Positions 44,983 to 54,435 are shown, counted from the stretch's first letter. The stretch is 64,000 nt of DNA from a bacterium (GCA_021815315.1 JAKAHB010000002.1:6427-70426), one strand, 5' to 3'. Program-made: numbers and translations. Notes: generated by a model from the letters alone, not told the origin.

Positions 44983-45537
44983 TTAGAATTTCACACTCGG
45001 CGCATTCTCCGCTCCTCCAGCCGCTTGAAAATATTTTTTCTCCGAGAAACCGAACATGGAAGCCAACCACTTGGCCGGCACTCTTTTAATCATCACATTA
45101 AAGTCTTTAGCCGTGTCGTTGAACCTTTTTCTCTCAACCGAAATCCTGTTTTCAGTTCCTTCCAGTTGCGCCATCAAAGTTTGCACGTTTTCAGCCGACT
45201 TTAACTGCGGGTAGTTTTCCATCACCACCAAGAGCCGGGAAAGGGCGGTTTCAACTTGCGTGGCCGCTTGCGCTTTGTCGTTCACGGTGGCGGCACCGGC
45301 GTATCTGGTTCTGGCTTCCGCCAAATTGTTAAAAATTGTTTGCTCCTGTTTCATTACCCCCTTAACCGATTCCACCAGATTAGGGATTAGATCCAAGCGC
45401 CTTTGGTATTGCGTTTGCACCTGCGCCCAGGCGTTATCCACGGTTTCGCTTCCCGTCACCATGCGGTTATAGGTCATCCAGGTGTATCCTCCCAGCACCA
45501 CGACGACGATTAAAACGGCTAACAAAATTTTGTTCAT
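44983..45537 (-). CDS. LemA family protein
   Basis: N-terminal TM helix and a LemA-like core (AWAQVQTQYQRRLDLIPNLVESVKG). LemA is commonly paired with a TPM protein. Confidence 0.85.
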   Translation of the reverse strand: MNKILLAVLIVVVVLGGYTWMTYNRMVTGSETVDNAWAQVQTQYQRRLDLIPNLVESVKGVMKQEQTIFNNLAEARTRYAGAATVNDKAQAATQVETALSRLLVVMENYPQLKSAENVQTLMAQLEGTENRISVERKRFNDTAKDFNVMIKRVPAKWLASMFGFSEKKYFQAAGGAENAPSVKF

Positions 45538-45623
45538 ACTTTTGTTTTTTCGCCCGAAGGCGATTTTAATTAATTATTAGTGTTAATTATTAACGATATT
45601 TAATTTTAGCACAAGGCGGTTTG

Positions 45624-46172
45624 TCAAGTAAGCACCTCTTGCAAAAATTTATGGCTTTTGATTTCTTCCCCAGCTAATTCATTGATTTGTCTTAACAAAT
45701 TCTTGCCGGATGAATCATAACCCAAAACTTCCAAAATTCTTTTTTCAAAAGCAACCTTGATTTTCTCCGGCGCGTAATTTTTGTTGTTAAGCGTTTGAAA
45801 AACTTTGACGATAAATTGCCACGCCTCTTCGTCTCTTTCGGGAGCAACGATTGTTTTATCCAGCGTCTCGGCGATAAAAAAGGCCAGAGCCAGCCGGCGC
45901 ACATCCTCAAAAACGGTCGCGAAATACTCAATGGTTTCCGCTCCGGCCAGAACATCGGCCCAGGTTCTGCTCCGCACCAGCAAAAAACTGTTATGCGAAA
46001 AAGGCTCCAAAAACCCTTTCAGCTTTGATTCTTTTTTGCGTACCCCTTTGGCCTTGACATAGATTTTGCCACGGTTGCGCGTATAGACGGTCAAAATGGC
46101 GTCAACGTCGTTTGACTGCTCTTTATTCAAAACAATGCCTTCGGTTTTATAGAGAAGTTCTTTGCTAAACAT
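45624..46172 (-). CDS. recO: DNA repair protein RecO
   Basis: 182 aa with an N-terminal OB fold (TEGIVLNKEQSNDVDAILTVYTRNRGKIYVKAKG). Confidence 0.65.
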   Translation of the reverse strand: MFSKELLYKTEGIVLNKEQSNDVDAILTVYTRNRGKIYVKAKGVRKKESKLKGFLEPFSHNSFLLVRSRTWADVLAGAETIEYFATVFEDVRRLALAFFIAETLDKTIVAPERDEEAWQFIVKVFQTLNNKNYAPEKIKVAFEKRILEVLGYDSSGKNLLRQINELAGEEIKSHKFLQEVLT

Positions 46173-46229
46173 AGACCAACTTAGGCGGAAAAACTGAAAA
46201 ATAAAAGCTAAAAAGTAACAGGAGAAAGA

Positions 46230-49200
46230 CTACTTTTTAATCCCGACTTTAATCACGCCGCTGTTAACCTTAACCTCGCTCACGACATCATATTGGCCTG
46301 TCTCTTCAAACGCACCCGTTTGTTTAGCTCGCCAAACGGAACTTTGTTCATCGGCAAAAATAGATTTGTCGCTCAAGGCCAAAATGCTCACCGTGTCTTC
46401 GGGCTTAAGCCCCAGCTCTTTTCTCATTTGGGCGTAGTGGCGCTCCACTTCTCTTTTTGTCCCCTCCTTTTTTAACTCGTCGGTTATCTCCAAGTCCAAA
46501 TCAAAATTCTCGCCTGTTTTAACTTCTTTGACATTAATCTCGTCAGCAACCAGGGCCAGCAATTTTTCACTTAATTTTACTTCAACGGTCAAACCGGCCA
46601 AGGGCTGACGAATTTTAATGCCAGCTTCGGCGCGTTTGGCCAAGGCCCTAGCCACGACTTCTCGCGCCAGAATCATTTCTTTTTCCAAGTCTTCGTCAAT
46701 TAAGTTTCTATCGGCCACGGGGTAATCAGCCAAATGCACCGACTCTTGGTCTTTTTTCGCTCTCAAATTTTGATATATTTCCTCGGTGATAAACGGAGCA
46801 AACGGCGCCAGCAGTTTGACTAACCCCAGCAAAATAAAATGCAGAGTTTGGGTCGCTTCTTCTTTTTCTTTTGCGTCTTTGGGCCTTTGAAAACGTTCTC
46901 GCGAACGGCGAATATACCAATTGGAAAGCTCGTCAATAAAGTCTTCAATCAAGCGCGCCGCGCTGACAACGTCGTATCTCTCCAGGTGATCCGTTACAGT
47001 CGCCGTCAAAGAATTAAACCTGGAAACAATCCAACGATCAAGCAAATTCTTGGATTTTGTTTCGCTCGATTTGAAGTTTTTATTTTGGTAGGTTCGCAAA
47101 AACATAAAAGAGTTCAGCAGCGTTCCAAAAATTCTCCTGTTTTTGTCCAACACGTCTTTGGTATCAAACCGCTTGGAACCGCCTGCCTGATTAACCGTGT
47201 ATAAATACCAACGCAACGTGTCGGCGCCGAATTTTTCGCACATCTCCCACGGGTCAACCACGTTGCCTTTGGACTTGGACATTTTTTTGCCTTGAGCGTC
47301 CAACACGTGCCCCAAACAAATTACGTTCCGATAAGGCGCGCCGTCTTCCACCACCCCGCAATGTTCCATCAAGGTAGCAACGGCCAGCAGGGTATAAAAC
47401 CAACCGCGGGTTTGGTCTATGGCTTCACAAATATAGTCGGCCGGATAGTGATTTTTAAACTTGACCGCGCTGTCTTCTTTTTGCGGATAACCCCATTGCG
47501 AAAAAGGCATGGAACCCGAATCAAACCAAACATCCAAAACGTCTTTTTCTCTTTGCATCTGCCCGCCGCACTTGCAAGCAAGCTTTAAATCGTCAAGATA
47601 GGGGCGGTGCAAGTCCAGTTCATAATTTTGATTATGCGGCAGGGGCGCAAAGTCAATCTCTTTAAACTCGGCGTTTTCCAAAAAGTTTTCTTCGCCGTTT
47701 TCCAGGTGGACTAAGGCAACAGCCTCTTTGGGGTTAAAGCCTTGCGACCCAGATTCCATCAGCCAAAGAGGAAAGTTGTGGCTGACCACCAGAATATTCC
47801 GGTTTTTATATTTTTGCTCCAGCTCATAGATAAATTCGGTCACCCGATTCTTGACCCGGTTTAACGTCTCTCCGTTTTCCGGCGCCAAATTGAATCTTTC
47901 TTCCAGACTGGTAAAATTTCTGTATTCCTCGTCACTTTGGCCGTCCAATACTCCGGTAAAAATTTCTCTTAGTCTTTCGTCAAAAACAATTTTATTTTTA
48001 TCCATCCCCAACGCTTCAGCCGCCATTTCGGCTGTTTGTTTGGTCCGCAAGAAATCTGAGGCGAAAATTAAATCTATTTTTTCTTTAGTCAGTTTGGCCA
48101 CGGCTTGTTTCACTTGTTCTTGCCCCGTCTCGGTTAAAGCCAGATGATTGGTCTTAATGTTGCCGTTTAGAACATTTTTAATGTTGTTTTCAGCTTGTCC
48201 GTGACGCATCAAAAAATATTTGTTACCCGAAGACACGACTTGTTTTTTCAGTTCTTCCGGAGAACCGATCATTTCCTGCCAGCCACATTGTTCGCATTGC
48301 CAAACCGGCAAAGGAGTTCCCCAATATCGTTCCCGCGACAAGGCCCAGTCCTTGGCTTCTTTGATAAACTCGCCGAAGCGCCCATCTTTGATGTGGGCCG
48401 GTTCCCAATTAATTTTTTGGTTGTTGGCTACTAGCTCCTTTCGTAATTGAGACATCCTGATAAACCAAGATTCTTTGGCGTAATAGAGCAGGGGACTGTC
48501 GCAACGCCAGCAAAAAGGATAGTCGTGCTCATATGGCTCTTCTTCCAAAAGCAAATTTCTTTTTTTCAGATCTTCAATAATGTCCTCATCTGCTTCTTTA
48601 ACAAATTTGCCCTCGCCCGGGATGCCAAAGCCCGACATAATAATGCCTTCCTTATCAACCGTATGAATGACCGATAATCCCTCTTTCACGCCCACCGCCA
48701 TATCGTCTTCGCCGTAAGCAGGAGCCAAATGCACAATGCCGGTGCCATCTTGCGTGGAAACAAAATCCCCGGCCACAACCTCCAGATCGGTTTCTTTTTG
48801 GTCGGGGTTTTTGAAAAGAGGTTCGTATTTTAAATTAAGGAGTCCTTCGCCTTTCAGCTCTTTGATTATTTCGCCTTCAGGGCTTATCGCCTCAAGCCTG
48901 TCTTTGGCTAAAATAAAAAATTCCCCTGACTTCTTATCTTTGACTTGGCAGTAAACTACTTTTGAGTTCACCGCTAACCCCACGTTCGCCGGTAAAGTCC
49001 AGGGCGTGGTCGTCCAAACCAGAAAATAGGTATTTGGTTCCCCCACTACCGGGAATTTCACGTAAATGGAGTTTTCCTTGACTTTCTTATAACCCTGCGC
49101 CACCTCGTGGCTGGAAAGGCTGGTGCCGCAACGCGGACAGTGCGGCACAATTTTAAATCCCTTATAAATTAATTCTTTGTCCCAAACTTTTTTCAGAATT

Positions 49201-49658
49201 TGCCAAATGCTGGTTATAAAATAGTTTTCGTAAGTGACATAGGGATCTTCCAAGTCCACCCAGTAAGCGATTCTTTGCGTCAACTTTTCCCATTCATCCT
49301 TATAACGCCAGACGCTTTCTTTGCACTTTTGATTAAATTTCTCAATGCCGTATTTTTCAATGTCTTTTTTGTTTTTCAGTCCCAACTCTTTTTCCACTTG
49401 CAATTCCACCGGCAAACCGTGAGTGTCCCAACCGGCTTTGCGGTCAACAAAAAAGCCCTGCATTGTTTTAAAACGTGGGATAATGTCCTTGAACGCCCGA
49501 GCTTCCACGTGATGAATCCCCGGCCGACCGTTGGCTGTCGGCGGCCCCTCAAAAAAAACAAAGTTCTTCGCCCCCCTGTTTTTTTCCAGACTCTTTCGGA
49601 AAATATTTTTCTCTTGCCAGAATTTTAAGATTTTTTCTTCAATTTGAGCGAAATTCAT
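46230..49658 (-). CDS. ileS: isoleucyl-tRNA synthetase (type 2) with an inserted histidine-phosphatase domain
   Basis: 1142 aa. HIGH-like PTANGRPGIHH, CWRC and CEQC zinc knuckles, and KMSKSKGN. Residues 476 to 675 (DNA about 47634-49233) form a complete PGAM-like histidine-phosphatase module (LMRHGQAEN...RTKQTAE...VVSHNFP) not normally present in IleRS. Confidence 0.9.
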   Translation of the reverse strand: MNFAQIEEKILKFWQEKNIFRKSLEKNRGAKNFVFFEGPPTANGRPGIHHVEARAFKDIIPRFKTMQGFFVDRKAGWDTHGLPVELQVEKELGLKNKKDIEKYGIEKFNQKCKESVWRYKDEWEKLTQRIAYWVDLEDPYVTYENYFITSIWQILKKVWDKELIYKGFKIVPHCPRCGTSLSSHEVAQGYKKVKENSIYVKFPVVGEPNTYFLVWTTTPWTLPANVGLAVNSKVVYCQVKDKKSGEFFILAKDRLEAISPEGEIIKELKGEGLLNLKYEPLFKNPDQKETDLEVVAGDFVSTQDGTGIVHLAPAYGEDDMAVGVKEGLSVIHTVDKEGIIMSGFGIPGEGKFVKEADEDIIEDLKKRNLLLEEEPYEHDYPFCWRCDSPLLYYAKESWFIRMSQLRKELVANNQKINWEPAHIKDGRFGEFIKEAKDWALSRERYWGTPLPVWQCEQCGWQEMIGSPEELKKQVVSSGNKYFLMRHGQAENNIKNVLNGNIKTNHLALTETGQEQVKQAVAKLTKEKIDLIFASDFLRTKQTAEMAAEALGMDKNKIVFDERLREIFTGVLDGQSDEEYRNFTSLEERFNLAPENGETLNRVKNRVTEFIYELEQKYKNRNILVVSHNFPLWLMESGSQGFNPKEAVALVHLENGEENFLENAEFKEIDFAPLPHNQNYELDLHRPYLDDLKLACKCGGQMQREKDVLDVWFDSGSMPFSQWGYPQKEDSAVKFKNHYPADYICEAIDQTRGWFYTLLAVATLMEHCGVVEDGAPYRNVICLGHVLDAQGKKMSKSKGNVVDPWEMCEKFGADTLRWYLYTVNQAGGSKRFDTKDVLDKNRRIFGTLLNSFMFLRTYQNKNFKSSETKSKNLLDRWIVSRFNSLTATVTDHLERYDVVSAARLIEDFIDELSNWYIRRSRERFQRPKDAKEKEEATQTLHFILLGLVKLLAPFAPFITEEIYQNLRAKKDQESVHLADYPVADRNLIDEDLEKEMILAREVVARALAKRAEAGIKIRQPLAGLTVEVKLSEKLLALVADEINVKEVKTGENFDLDLEITDELKKEGTKREVERHYAQMRKELGLKPEDTVSILALSDKSIFADEQSSVWRAKQTGAFEETGQYDVVSEVKVNSGVIKVGIKK

Positions 49659-49784
49659 TAATTTGCGGTTTGGTTAGATTGCTTATTTCACCCTCAAATA
49701 ATAGCTTAAAACAGGGCCTAAAGTCAAAGAGCGGCTATCGGTTTGGACCGCCAAAAAATAATATCGTCATGGTATAATCATAAT

Positions 49785-50816
49785 ATGAAAGAATCAATTC
49801 TCTATAAAAAATTGCCTCGTCAAAATACGCAGTGCCAAACCTGCGCCCATTATTGTATTTTAAAACCCGGCCAGCGCGGTCTCTGTGGCGCGCGAGAAAA
49901 CATCGGCGGCCGACTCTATTTCCTGCCGTACGAAACGGTCGTGGCCCATGCGGTTGACCCGATGCGCAAAAAGCCATTCTATCATTTCATGCCCGGGACC
50001 GTCACTTATTCTTTCGCCACTGTAGGCTGTAATTTTCACTGCCAAAACTGCCAGAACTTCACAATTTCCCAGGCTCCCAAAAATTCGGGACTGCGCCGCG
50101 AGCAAATAGCGGATTTTGGAGAAAAAATGACGCCCCAAGACATTGTCCGCGAAGCCAAGGCTTTTGGCTGCCCCAGTATTTCCTACACCTATACCGAACC
50201 GGCCGTCTTTTTAGAGTTGGCCCTAGACACCATGAAGCTGGCGCGCCAAGAAGGACTGAAAAATGTTTGGATTTCCAACGGGTTTTTAAGTTCGGAGACA
50301 AGGAAGAAAATAAGAAAATACGTTGATGCGGTTAATATTGACATCAAGTCCTTCAACGACAAGTTCTATAAAGAAAGTTGCGGCGGCCGACTCGCGCCCG
50401 TGCTTGAAACTTGCCGCGAATTTAAAGAATGGAATATCTGGACGGAAATCACCACCTTGATAATCCCCGGGCTTAACGACAGCAAAGACGAGCTGAAACA
50501 AATTGCTCATTTTGTCGCCGATAAACTCGGAGCGGAAACTCCTTGGCACATTTCTCGTTTCTCGCCGGAAATTTCCTGGCAATTAAAAGAGCTCAAAGCA
50601 ACGCCGATTAAAAAATTGAAAGAGGCCTATGAAATCGGCAAGGGCGCCGGTTTAATGTATGTCTATGTCGGCAACGTTCCGGGCACGAAATTTCAAGATA
50701 CTTTTTGTCCCAAATGCAAAACCAAAAACATTGATCGCAGCGGTTTTCGCGCCCATCGTTTGGACAAAAAAGGCCAGTGCCACAACTGCGGTTTTGATTT
50801 GAATATTCATGAATAA
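49785..50816 (+). CDS. AmmeMemoRadiSam system radical SAM enzyme (AmrS-like)
   Basis: CNFHCQNCQN radical-SAM cluster motif preceded by LYKKL...CQTCAHYC...GLCGAREN, which is AmrS-like. Start taken at ATG 49785. Confidence 0.8.
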   Translation: MKESILYKKLPRQNTQCQTCAHYCILKPGQRGLCGARENIGGRLYFLPYETVVAHAVDPMRKKPFYHFMPGTVTYSFATVGCNFHCQNCQNFTISQAPKNSGLRREQIADFGEKMTPQDIVREAKAFGCPSISYTYTEPAVFLELALDTMKLARQEGLKNVWISNGFLSSETRKKIRKYVDAVNIDIKSFNDKFYKESCGGRLAPVLETCREFKEWNIWTEITTLIIPGLNDSKDELKQIAHFVADKLGAETPWHISRFSPEISWQLKELKATPIKKLKEAYEIGKGAGLMYVYVGNVPGTKFQDTFCPKCKTKNIDRSGFRAHRLDKKGQCHNCGFDLNIHE

Positions 50817-51606
50817 TTTTGCCGCTATCACTCCCCATCCGCCAATCGCGGTTTCGGGAATAGGCCGGGGAGAAATTAAAAAAATTCCAAAGACCATCCA
50901 GGCTTTCCGAGCGCTGGGAGAGAAGTTTGCCGTCTCTCAAATTGAAACGACTGTTATTATCTCTCCCCACGGCCAATCAAGCTTTGATGCCTTCAACTTG
51001 GGCGGCTCCTTGGCCATGTCCGGCGATTTTGAAAATTTCGGCCACGGGGAAATTAGTTTCAGCTTTTCCGGCGATCCGAAACTAGCCCGACAAATCGCGG
51101 GAAAAGCCGCCCAAGAAAAAATCCCCTGCCGGCTTATTGATTACCCCTCTTTGGATCACGGCCTGCTGGTGCCACTTTATTTTTTGACCAGCCAACAAGA
51201 AGCGACTACCAAGCTTTTGCCGGTATTTTTTTCCGGGTTATCGTTGCAACAACATTTTTCTTTCGGCCAAGCGTTGGGCCAAGTCATAAAAGCCAGCGAT
51301 CAAAAAATCGCCCTGGTGGCTTCGGGCGATTTGTCGCATTGTTTGTCCCCCAACGCCCCCGGCGGATTTTCATCGCAAGGCAAAATTTTTGACGAGACGT
51401 TGATTAACCTGATTCAAGAAAAAAGATGGGCGGAGATTGTAAATCTGGACTCGGAACTTATTGCGGGGGCAGGTGAGTGCGGTTTACGTTCAATTATCAT
51501 TTTGCTTGGCGCCTTAGCCGAGATTAACAAAAATTTCTCGCTGGACATCCGCTCCTACGAAGCACCTTTTGGCGTGGGCTATTTAACCGCCGAAGCGAAA
51601 TTTTGA
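50809..51606 (+). CDS. LigB/Memo-superfamily protein (probable AmmeMemoRadiSam system protein B)
   Basis: 265 aa. ITPHPP...VIISPHGQS resembles class III extradiol dioxygenase/Memo folds. It overlaps the AmrS stop by 8 nt. Confidence 0.55.
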   Translation: MNNFAAITPHPPIAVSGIGRGEIKKIPKTIQAFRALGEKFAVSQIETTVIISPHGQSSFDAFNLGGSLAMSGDFENFGHGEISFSFSGDPKLARQIAGKAAQEKIPCRLIDYPSLDHGLLVPLYFLTSQQEATTKLLPVFFSGLSLQQHFSFGQALGQVIKASDQKIALVASGDLSHCLSPNAPGGFSSQGKIFDETLINLIQEKRWAEIVNLDSELIAGAGECGLRSIIILLGALAEINKNFSLDIRSYEAPFGVGYLTAEAKF

Positions 51607-51665
51607 GTTAAAGTAAAAAGACGATAAACACTAAAATTATTAGAGGAGGAGAATATTTCGCCCCG

Positions 51666-51702
51666 TTTGTATTTTCCACGCATATGCGTGGAAAATACAA
51701 AT
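51666..51702. repeat. near-perfect palindrome, copy 2 of 2
   Basis: tttgtattttccacgcatatgcgtggaaaatacaaa between two convergent genes. It shares the arms TTTGTATnTTCCAC / GTGGAAnATACAAA with the 15489-15527 site, with a compensatory change. Confidence 0.6.
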
Positions 51703-51775
51703 AAGCTGTTTAACGAAGAAATAAAACCTTTAACCCCCGCCCAGACCCAACCTTACTCGCTTCTTTGGCTTCGCC

Positions 51776-53368
51776 CTACATTTTCTCTGGCGCAGAAATG
51801 CCTAGGATTCCCTCCAGTGAATCTTGCAAAACAATTTTAGTTGCCTTCACCAGTTGCAATCTGGCGTTTTGCAGGTTTTTATCTTCACCCAATACCCGGC
51901 AATTTTCATAAAACTTATGAAACGCCGTCACCAGGCCCAAAACATACTGTGGAACACGCTGAACTTGATAATCCACCGCCGTATCCGCGATAATTTCGGG
52001 GTATTTTACAAGCTGCCGAATCAAGTTTAATTCTTCCTTGGCCTCAAGCAGTTTCAAATTTTCCGTTTCTTCTTTTTTGTTCTCGTCTTTTGTTTTAGTC
52101 AAAATACTTTCTATTCTGGCGTGCCCGTACTGCGCGTAATAAACCGGGTTTTTTTGCGATTGTTCTTTGGCCAGCGCCAAATCAAAATCCATATGCGTGT
52201 TGGCTGAATACATGGCCATAAAAAATCGGAAAGCGTCGCGCCCCACTTCTGCCAGCACTTCATCCACCGTCACATAAACTCCTTTTCTCTTGGACATCCT
52301 GACTTCCCGGCCCTCTTGCACTAAGCGCACAAACTGCATCAATAAAATTTCAAAAGAGGTTTTATCAAGTCCCAAAGAGGCCACAAATCCCTTCACGCGC
52401 GCCACATCGCCGTGATGATCGGCTCCCCAAACATTGATTACCCTATTAAATTTTCTTTCAATAAATTTATTGTAATGATAGGCGCAATCAACGCCAAAGT
52501 AAGTCGGCTCGCCATCGCTTTTTTTAAGCGGCCGGTCTTTTTCATCGCCGAATTTCTCGGCCATAAACCACAAAGCGCCGTCTTTTTCGTAAGCTAAATT
52601 TTGTTTTCTTAAGAGGTTAAAAACGTCTTCAACTTTTCCGGAATCGCGCAGTTCTTTTTGTTCGGAGAACCAAACGTCCAGCTTGATGCCCATGGCCGCC
52701 ACCGTCTTTTTAATCTGTTCTGCAATAATGGCCTGCGCTTTTTGGCCGACGATTTTTGGGTCGGTGCTCTCTATTTGCGAGGCCAGTTCGTCAATATAGC
52801 CCCCTTTGTATTCGGCTTCTTCATCTTTCAAAATTGAATGGCCCAGTTTTTCAATTTGTCCACCCGCATCGTTGACGTAGTATTCTTTGGTAACGTCGTA
52901 GCCCGATTTTTTCAAAATATTTCCCAACACGTCGCCATAAACCCCGCCCCGACCATTGCCCAGCGTTAAGGGGCCAGTGGGGTTGGCAGAAATAAATTCC
53001 ACTTGAGCCTTTTTGTTTTGGCCTGAATTATTTTCCCCGTATTCCTCCCCTTGGGCCAAAATTTTCCCGACTTGATTTTGCAAAAATTCATCGGACAAAT
53101 AAAAATTAACAAAGCCGGGACTGACCGCTTCAATTTTGGAAAAAAATTGTTCTTTGTTTTGGTTCACGATGCTTTCGGCCATCTGCTGGGCAATTTCAAG
53201 CGGCGATTTTTTTGTTGTCTTGGCCAAAACAAAAGCCATGGAGCTAGAAAAGTCTCCTAAAGCGGAATTTTTAGGGCGTTCGGTTAAAATTTCTGATTCT
53301 TCAATTTTTGTCCCAAAAAGATTTCCGATCTCCCGAGCCAATATTTTTTGGATCTCTTCGCGCATCAT
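51776..53368 (-). CDS. argS: arginyl-tRNA synthetase
   Basis: 530 aa with the class I HIGH region (ANPTGPLTLGNGRG) and a DALR anticodon-binding C-terminus. Confidence 0.9.
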   Translation of the reverse strand: MMREEIQKILAREIGNLFGTKIEESEILTERPKNSALGDFSSSMAFVLAKTTKKSPLEIAQQMAESIVNQNKEQFFSKIEAVSPGFVNFYLSDEFLQNQVGKILAQGEEYGENNSGQNKKAQVEFISANPTGPLTLGNGRGGVYGDVLGNILKKSGYDVTKEYYVNDAGGQIEKLGHSILKDEEAEYKGGYIDELASQIESTDPKIVGQKAQAIIAEQIKKTVAAMGIKLDVWFSEQKELRDSGKVEDVFNLLRKQNLAYEKDGALWFMAEKFGDEKDRPLKKSDGEPTYFGVDCAYHYNKFIERKFNRVINVWGADHHGDVARVKGFVASLGLDKTSFEILLMQFVRLVQEGREVRMSKRKGVYVTVDEVLAEVGRDAFRFFMAMYSANTHMDFDLALAKEQSQKNPVYYAQYGHARIESILTKTKDENKKEETENLKLLEAKEELNLIRQLVKYPEIIADTAVDYQVQRVPQYVLGLVTAFHKFYENCRVLGEDKNLQNARLQLVKATKIVLQDSLEGILGISAPEKM

Positions 53369-53414
53369 AATACTTTGATTTTAGCCCAAATAAACAAATT
53401 TTAGCAAGCCGTTT

Positions 53415-53465
53415 TGTAAAGGCCGGGTCTTTACAAGTTATCCAGTAAAGACCCGGCCTTTACAA
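53415..53465. repeat. 20-bp perfect inverted repeat in the argS/smpB divergent region
   Basis: ttgtaaaggccgggtctttacaa ... gtaaagacccggcctttacaa. Each arm is itself hairpin-capable. Confidence 0.55.
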
Positions 53466-53544
53466 AACAAAAAACCGCTCTTGTCAATAGCGAGCTTCTA
53501 TGTTATGCTTTGCTATAAATAAACAGTCGGATCCGCGAGACAGT

Positions 53545-53994
53545 ATGAAAACGATTTCTGAAAATAAAAAAGCCCGTTTTGATTTTGAATTCCTGGAAAA
53601 TTTTGAGGCCGGTTTGGCGTTGTTTGGATTTGAGGTTAAAGCGATAAAAACAGGGCATATAAACCTGACCGGCTCCCACATTATTATTCGCGACGAAGAA
53701 GCGCTTTTGGTGGGCGTTAGCATCCCCCCCTATCAACCTAAAAACACTCCAGCGGGATATGATCTCCAACGCACTCGCAAGCTTTTATTGCGCAAACAAG
53801 AGATAAAAAGACTGGTTGGCCGCACTCAAGAAAAAGGCTTGACTTTGGTGCCAATTCGTGTGTATACTAAACAAAGTAAAATCAAGTTAGAGTTTGCTCT
53901 GGCTCGCGGTCGCGGTAAAGCCGACAAGAGGCAAAAAATCGCCAAACGTGACGCCCGGCGCAAGATTGAACTTGCCTTAAGGGGCAAATTTTGA
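53545..53994 (+). CDS. smpB: SsrA-binding protein
   Basis: Starts MKTISENKKARFDFEFLE...GLALFGFEVKAIK, which is SmpB-like. Start at the internal ATG 53545. tmRNA follows. Confidence 0.9.
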   Translation: MKTISENKKARFDFEFLENFEAGLALFGFEVKAIKTGHINLTGSHIIIRDEEALLVGVSIPPYQPKNTPAGYDLQRTRKLLLRKQEIKRLVGRTQEKGLTLVPIRVYTKQSKIKLEFALARGRGKADKRQKIAKRDARRKIELALRGKF

Positions 53995-54054
53995 TTTTTA
54001 CCGTAGTGTTTCCAGTTCTGCCATGTCGCTGGTTAGCCGCCAAATGCCAGACCC

Positions 54055-54435
54055 GGGGACGCTAGGCTTCGACAGTCTGTCTAGCTTAGTATTCAAGCCG
54101 AGTACGCAGGAATCTCGCAAAACTTCTTGCAGTCTCACAAATGCCAACTTTATGGCTAGAGTGAAGAGCGCTTTCAGCGTCCCTTCATTCGCTACCGCTT
54201 TAGCTTAAAAACCTAGAGCCATCCGACTTACGGATACTCAATAAGTAAGATCCGGGTGTCATTTCATTGAGTTAGGCTAGGTCACGCTGTGGGATTTAGC
54301 CAAAACCAAAACAGCTACGGTTAAAAGATTTTGGTCCGCTTATATCTTCTAACCCGAACAAATTAAGCGGAATAAGCTTGTAAAATTACTAAGTAATGCC
54401 TGACTGGACAGGGGTTCAATTCCCCTCGTCTCCAC
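54055..54435 (+). ncRNA. ssrA: tmRNA (transfer-messenger RNA)
   Basis: 5' GGGGACGCUAGGCUUCGACAG resembles the tmRNA 5' end. 3' GGACAGGGGUUCAAUUCCCCUCGUCUCCACC gives a tRNA-Ala-like T-arm and acceptor with a G3-U70 pair. An internal tag ORF reads ...ARVKSAFSVPSFATALA-stop (about 54150-54208). Sits directly after smpB. Confidence 0.85.
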
